A DNA stretch of 40,251 nucleotides from Candidatus Methanophagales archaeon ANME-1-THS (GTDB lineage Archaea; Halobacteriota; Syntropharchaeia; Alkanophagales; Methanospirareceae), in contig RXIE01000129.1 in assembly GCA_004212135.1 (NCBI GenBank), positions 1 to 40,251 of the forward strand, given 5' to 3'. The translations under genes and the position numbers were made by a program. The notes beneath the pieces were generated by a model. The model was not told the DNA's origin. It saw only the letters and a program-made list of their open reading frames with translations, and did no database searches. Shown here in pieces: positions 36,258 through 40,251 of this stretch. Each line of letters opens with the position of its first letter. Positions within the stretch are counted from its first letter, which is position 1.

Positions 36258-36725
36258 ATGAATATGAGAGAAGAAAGAGAGAGAGGAAGCGCGGCGGAGA
36301 GCACTGGAGAACGGGAGATAGAGCAGATAAGAGCGCGAAAGCTCCGTGAGATGGAAGAGAGAGCGGCAGCGGAGAAAGCAGGCAGAAGCTCGGGCGAAGC
36401 GATACTCGATCATCCCCTCGTGATAACTGATAAGACCTTCGTCGAAACGGTAAAGAGATATCCCGTGGTCGTTGTAGATTGCTGGGCTCCATGGTGTGGT
36501 CCCTGTCGGATGATTGCGCCAGTCATTGATGAATTGGCACAAAAATACGCGGGAAGGGTCGTATTTGGCAAGCTGAACGTGGATGAGAATCCCAGAACCG
36601 CCACAGAATACGCAATCATGGCTATTCCCACACTCTTCATCTTCAAGGGAGGCGAGCCCGTGGATGTCATCCAGGGAGCTCTGCCCAAACCGTATTTAGA
36701 AGCGAAGATAAAGGAATGGTTGTGA
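36258..36725 (+). CDS. trxA: Thioredoxin with N-terminal helical extension
   Basis: WAPWCGPC, KLNVDEN, AIPT; start 36258 or 36264 after GGAGG. Confidence 0.93.
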   Translation: MNMREERERGSAAESTGEREIEQIRARKLREMEERAAAEKAGRSSGEAILDHPLVITDKTFVETVKRYPVVVVDCWAPWCGPCRMIAPVIDELAQKYAGRVVFGKLNVDENPRTATEYAIMAIPTLFIFKGGEPVDVIQGALPKPYLEAKIKEWL

Positions 36726-36796
36726 GAGAACCTTTCTTGAAAAGATCTGTCGAAGAAAGAATGGTTGTGCGAAATGAGAGCGAGAGACGAGGGAGT

Positions 36797-38275
36797 TTGA
36801 AGGAACTCGAGATTGTAAAGAGGTTCGCCGATTTTGGATTCCAGGTTCAGCCGGAGGCACTTGAGCTGCTCAGCCACTACTCCAGCACCTGTGATCGCGA
36901 GGGGGACTTCAACATTGGTGAATTAGCCGAATGCGTGACGAAATCGGTCGATCCCTCTATTTTTGTCATTTCGCCTGAGCTGATAGCCGATATTATCAAA
37001 AAGAAGGACGTACGAAGTGCTGAAAAGGTAACGAGCGTCGTGGAACAGCAGCCGCAGGTGGACGCACCGGCCATACTCAAATCCTTCCCGGAGCATGGTA
37101 AGGCTGCGGATCAGAAGGATTTCTTACCGCACTTCATTGACCGATACGAGCGACTGAGTGGCATTATAAAGAAGCGGTTAAAATGCGGGCAGATACGGTT
37201 CATCAAGAGCGGGAGTGCGAACGAAGAGATCTCGGTCGTGGGCATGGTCTCTTCGGTAGCCAAAACGGCGAAGGGGAATATACGGGTGGAACTGGAGGAT
37301 ACCTCTGGTTCTCTCTCGGTGATCGTACCGCATAAAGAAGAGATAATACCCGATGAGATCATTGGTGTAACGGGTTTTCTATCCAGTGGACGCCAGCTCA
37401 TTGCCGAACGGATCATCTATCCCGATGTGCCCATTCCTACTGCGACGTCGCAATCAGCACTACCGCTCTCGGACAAGGAGCAGCAGCGACGAGCCACCCA
37501 TGCGGTATTCATCTCTGATCTGCACTTTGGAAGCACCACCTTCCTGGACGGTGCCTGGGATCGTTTTGTGCAGTGGATGAATGAGGAATCCAGTCGCCTT
37601 GAGATTGCCTATCTGGTGGTTGCGGGTGATATAGTCGATGGTATAGGTGTTTACCCCGGCCAGGAAGAGGATCTCTCTATTACGGATATAGAAGCGCAGT
37701 ACAAGATGGCGGCAGGCTCGATTTCCGATCTTCCGTCGCACCTGCATATCATCTTAGCGCCCGGGAACCACGATGCAGTGCGAAGTGCCGAGCCCCAGCC
37801 TCCGTTGCCCGAGAAGATCCAGAAGTTCTTCCCTGAGCATACCTGCTTTGTGAGCAACCCTGCGTATATCCGAATTGGTGGCCGGCAGGTATTGATCTAT
37901 CATGGTCAATCGTATGATGATTTTGTGAACGTGGTCTCGAGGCTGAGTTATGCAAAGCCTGAAGATGTGATGATCGAGATGCTGAGAAGACGGCATCTTG
38001 CTCCCCTGTACGGGAATAATGTCTCGATTCTTCCTGATGGACATGACTATGGTGTCATTGACCCGGTTCCTGAGATATTCCAGTGTGGGCATACGCATAC
38101 TGTGGGGATCTCGAAATACCGGAACGTGCTCCTCATCAATGCCGGCACGTGGCAAGCACAGACACCGTATCAGAAAAAGCGGGGTATAAATCCGGTCACG
38201 GGTTGCGCGACGCTTGTGGACCTTTCTGAGCTCAAGGTAAAGGTACTGGACTTCGGAGGCAGATCAGGGGCGTGA
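36797..38275 (+). CDS. polB: DNA polymerase D (Pol II) small subunit DP1, proofreading exonuclease
   Basis: ELEDTSG OB fold, ISDLHFGS, AGDIVDGIGVYPGQE, PGNHDAVR..EPQP, YHGQS, RRHLAP, GHTH, GTWQAQT. Start uncertain (TTG 36797, ATG 36761 or 36716). Confidence 0.92.
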   Translation: MKELEIVKRFADFGFQVQPEALELLSHYSSTCDREGDFNIGELAECVTKSVDPSIFVISPELIADIIKKKDVRSAEKVTSVVEQQPQVDAPAILKSFPEHGKAADQKDFLPHFIDRYERLSGIIKKRLKCGQIRFIKSGSANEEISVVGMVSSVAKTAKGNIRVELEDTSGSLSVIVPHKEEIIPDEIIGVTGFLSSGRQLIAERIIYPDVPIPTATSQSALPLSDKEQQRRATHAVFISDLHFGSTTFLDGAWDRFVQWMNEESSRLEIAYLVVAGDIVDGIGVYPGQEEDLSITDIEAQYKMAAGSISDLPSHLHIILAPGNHDAVRSAEPQPPLPEKIQKFFPEHTCFVSNPAYIRIGGRQVLIYHGQSYDDFVNVVSRLSYAKPEDVMIEMLRRRHLAPLYGNNVSILPDGHDYGVIDPVPEIFQCGHTHTVGISKYRNVLLINAGTWQAQTPYQKKRGINPVTGCATLVDLSELKVKVLDFGGRSGA

Positions 38276-38285
38276 GTACGAGCAG

Positions 38286-39248
38286 ATGATGGAAGAGAGT
38301 GAGGCAAACCAGCACGGTCTGAAGTTTTTTGCGGTGCGTAAAGCTGCGGACCTCTACACCTGGTCGCGAGCGCGTGTTTACGGCGAATACGAGAAACGAT
38401 TGGAGGAGGAGATAGCAGAGCGGCGTTTACCCGAGCACGTCGCGATCATCATGGACGGGAATCGACGATATGCGAAGAAGATCGGGATTTCAACGGAGGC
38501 GGGATATGCCTACGGCGCGGGTAACACCGAGCGAGTGATCGAATGGTGCTTTGACATCGGCGTGAAACAACTGACGCTCTACGCCTTTTCCATCGAGAAC
38601 TTCTCCCGCACGGCTGAGGAGATCGAGAAGCTCTTTAAACTCATGCAGGTGGAGTTTGAGAAGATAAGCGAGGATGAGCGGATCCATAAGCATGAAGTGA
38701 GGGTGAGGGCAATAGGGAACGTCAACCTGCTCCCGAAATCAGTGAGGGAAGCAATAAAAAAGGCAGAAGAGGCGACCGAGCAGTATAACAAATTCAAACT
38801 GTTCATTGCCGTGGCGTACAGCGGCCGCATGGAGATCGTGGATGCGGTGCGAATCATAGCGAACCGGGTAAAGAGCGGCGTAGTAAAGCCTGAGGAGATC
38901 AATGAGGAGACGATTTCCAAGCATTTATATATAAGCGAACTGGAAGGAGAGGACGAAGCCCCGGATTCGGGCGCCAAACCGAGTGTGGATTTGATCATAA
39001 GAACCGGTGGGCAACTGAGATTGAGCAATTTCGTGCCCTGGCAGGCGCTCGGAAATGAATGTGCTGCGTATTTCTGCGCGCCCTACTGGCCTGAGTTCAG
39101 GCGGGTAGACCTCCTCAGGGCAATACGGACGTATCAGGAGCGAGAAGAAGAGAGACGGCAACGCGCGGACTCGAGAAGGCTAACTTTAGCCCTTCTTTTA
39201 AGACGAAAAGCGTTACCGCGAGAGGATAGAGCAGTACATCGTGAGTAA
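38286..39248 (+). CDS. uppS: cis-prenyltransferase (tritrans,polycis-undecaprenyl diphosphate synthase)
   Basis: PEHVAIIMDGNRRYA, TLYAFSIENF.R, YSGRMEI, DLIIRTGG..RLSNF..WQ, YWPEF. Confidence 0.94.
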   Translation: MMEESEANQHGLKFFAVRKAADLYTWSRARVYGEYEKRLEEEIAERRLPEHVAIIMDGNRRYAKKIGISTEAGYAYGAGNTERVIEWCFDIGVKQLTLYAFSIENFSRTAEEIEKLFKLMQVEFEKISEDERIHKHEVRVRAIGNVNLLPKSVREAIKKAEEATEQYNKFKLFIAVAYSGRMEIVDAVRIIANRVKSGVVKPEEINEETISKHLYISELEGEDEAPDSGAKPSVDLIIRTGGQLRLSNFVPWQALGNECAAYFCAPYWPEFRRVDLLRAIRTYQEREEERRQRADSRRLTLALLLRRKALPREDRAVHRE

Positions 39249-39268
39249 AGGTATTTGTGAGGAGGATC

Positions 39269-39850
39269 ATGAGAGCATTTATCGCAATTGACCTGTCTGA
39301 GGAAATAAGGGCGAAGATCGAGGAATTACAGAAGGCATTCGAAACCCTCGGGCTGCATAATGCACTGAAATTCGTGGATCCGAAGCAGGCGCATCAGACG
39401 GTAAAATTCCTCGGTGAAGTTCCGGATGCTGGTGTGGAACGAGTTACAAGCGCCTTAGCGGAACTTCGGCACGGACCATTTGCTATCGAACTCCGGGGTG
39501 TGGGTTTCTTTCCCGAGGCGTCCCGTGAACGAGTAAGAACCATCCGGGTTATATGGGTGGGTATTGATGAGGGCGCGGAGCAGTTGCGCACGTTGCAAGA
39601 AGCGGTCGAATTGAAGCTGTATGCGGTCGGCTTTCCACTTGAACGACGGTTCAGTGCACATGTGACGCTCGGTCGGGTGAAGCGGCCGTTAAAGTCAGAG
39701 GAGATCGTGCGGATCGTGAAGAAGATAGCGGAACTGAAGGATGTAGCGGTGGGGAAGATGCTCGTCGAGGAGTTGAAATTAAAGAGGAGCACGCTTACGC
39801 CGAATGGACCTATCTATGCGGATGTGTATGTGAAGCGGTTGGTGGAATGA
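39269..39850 (+). CDS. thpR: RNA 2',3'-cyclic phosphodiesterase (2H family)
   Basis: MRAFIAID, HQTVKFLG and HVTLGR 2H motifs, STLTPNGPIY. Alternative start GTG 39257. Confidence 0.92.
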   Translation: MRAFIAIDLSEEIRAKIEELQKAFETLGLHNALKFVDPKQAHQTVKFLGEVPDAGVERVTSALAELRHGPFAIELRGVGFFPEASRERVRTIRVIWVGIDEGAEQLRTLQEAVELKLYAVGFPLERRFSAHVTLGRVKRPLKSEEIVRIVKKIAELKDVAVGKMLVEELKLKRSTLTPNGPIYADVYVKRLVE

Positions 39851-39883
39851 ACAACTTCCCGGAATTCAAAAAAGCAAAAAAGA

Positions 39884-40183
39884 TTATCTCGACATACTAC
39901 TAAATATCGCCATAATTATCGTCACCCACATCGAGATTATGATGCCCATGGTCATTAAGAACATCCCGACCATCCATCTAAAGTTTGTTTTCATCTCGCT
40001 TTCTATCCTTGTGAATCTCTCATTCATATCTCCTCTCAATTTACCAATCTCTGTCTCAACATGATTTAACCTGAGATAAGCATCGTTAAACCTTGAGTTA
40101 GAGTCGTTCCTGAGATCATCTATCCTCTTCGAAAGCTCGATTATAGCCCCTTCCCCTTCCGGATCATCTGTCCCTTCTCTCAT
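39884..40183 (-). CDS. Small coiled-coil protein with C-terminal membrane anchor
   Basis: Heptad-like RIDDLR...LRGDMNERFTRIE followed by FRWMVG and a hydrophobic tail; RBS AAGGTGG upstream. Confidence 0.8.
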   Translation of the reverse strand: MREGTDDPEGEGAIIELSKRIDDLRNDSNSRFNDAYLRLNHVETEIGKLRGDMNERFTRIESEMKTNFRWMVGMFLMTMGIIISMWVTIIMAIFSSMSR

Positions 40184-40251
40184 TTGACCACCTTGATTTA
40201 AGAATATATATTCTCTCTAAGTTAATATGTTTCATCGGCGGATATGGATGA

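Noticed and set aside
36716-36796. Duplicated GAATGGTTGTG (MVVR twice) at the start of the DP1 ORF
   Set aside because: Only 11 bp; the first copy is just the trxA 3' end, and DP1 probably starts downstream.
1-40251. CRISPR arrays, tRNA or rRNA genes, pyrrolysine recoding
   Set aside because: No regularly spaced repeats or cloverleaf/rRNA motifs seen in intergenic regions; TAG stops (e.g. fqoBCD, topA) fall at the expected C-termini.

Overview
Archaeal chromosomal window. The gene content (Archaeoglobus-type fqo operon, methanofuran gene mfnF, tetraether synthase, PolD small subunit, pelota) best fits an ANME-1/Methanophagales-like lineage; this assignment is inference. 1-5596: a modular secreted beta-helix (NosD/CASH-like) surface protein of more than 1860 aa on the minus strand. 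It runs off the left edge and is absent from the ORF track. About 5.7-7.1 kb: degraded IS4/IS5-type DDE transposase. 7.2-14.1 kb: housekeeping genes (coaE, mfnF, grpE, a Dph6-family ATPase, an ABC ATPase, pelota, a phosphoesterase). 14.1-18.1 kb: patchy accessory zone with a probable 5' fragment of a group II intron, a gene remnant, PNPOx-like, MBL-fold, PaaI and GT-C genes. 18.1-29.3 kb: complete F420H2:quinone oxidoreductase operon fqoJKMLNA[BCD]HIF, preceded by a long-chain-type polyprenyl diphosphate synthase. Then topA, gatA, tes, trxA, PolD DP1, uppS and thpR. The oddest signals are two short frame-preserving patches, in fqoB (29 bp) and grpE (22 bp), that are exact reverse-complement copies of other sequence in the window and sit where conserved protein motifs are expected. 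They could be real templated editing or an assembly artefact. All calls are by eye from motifs; no database searches were run.
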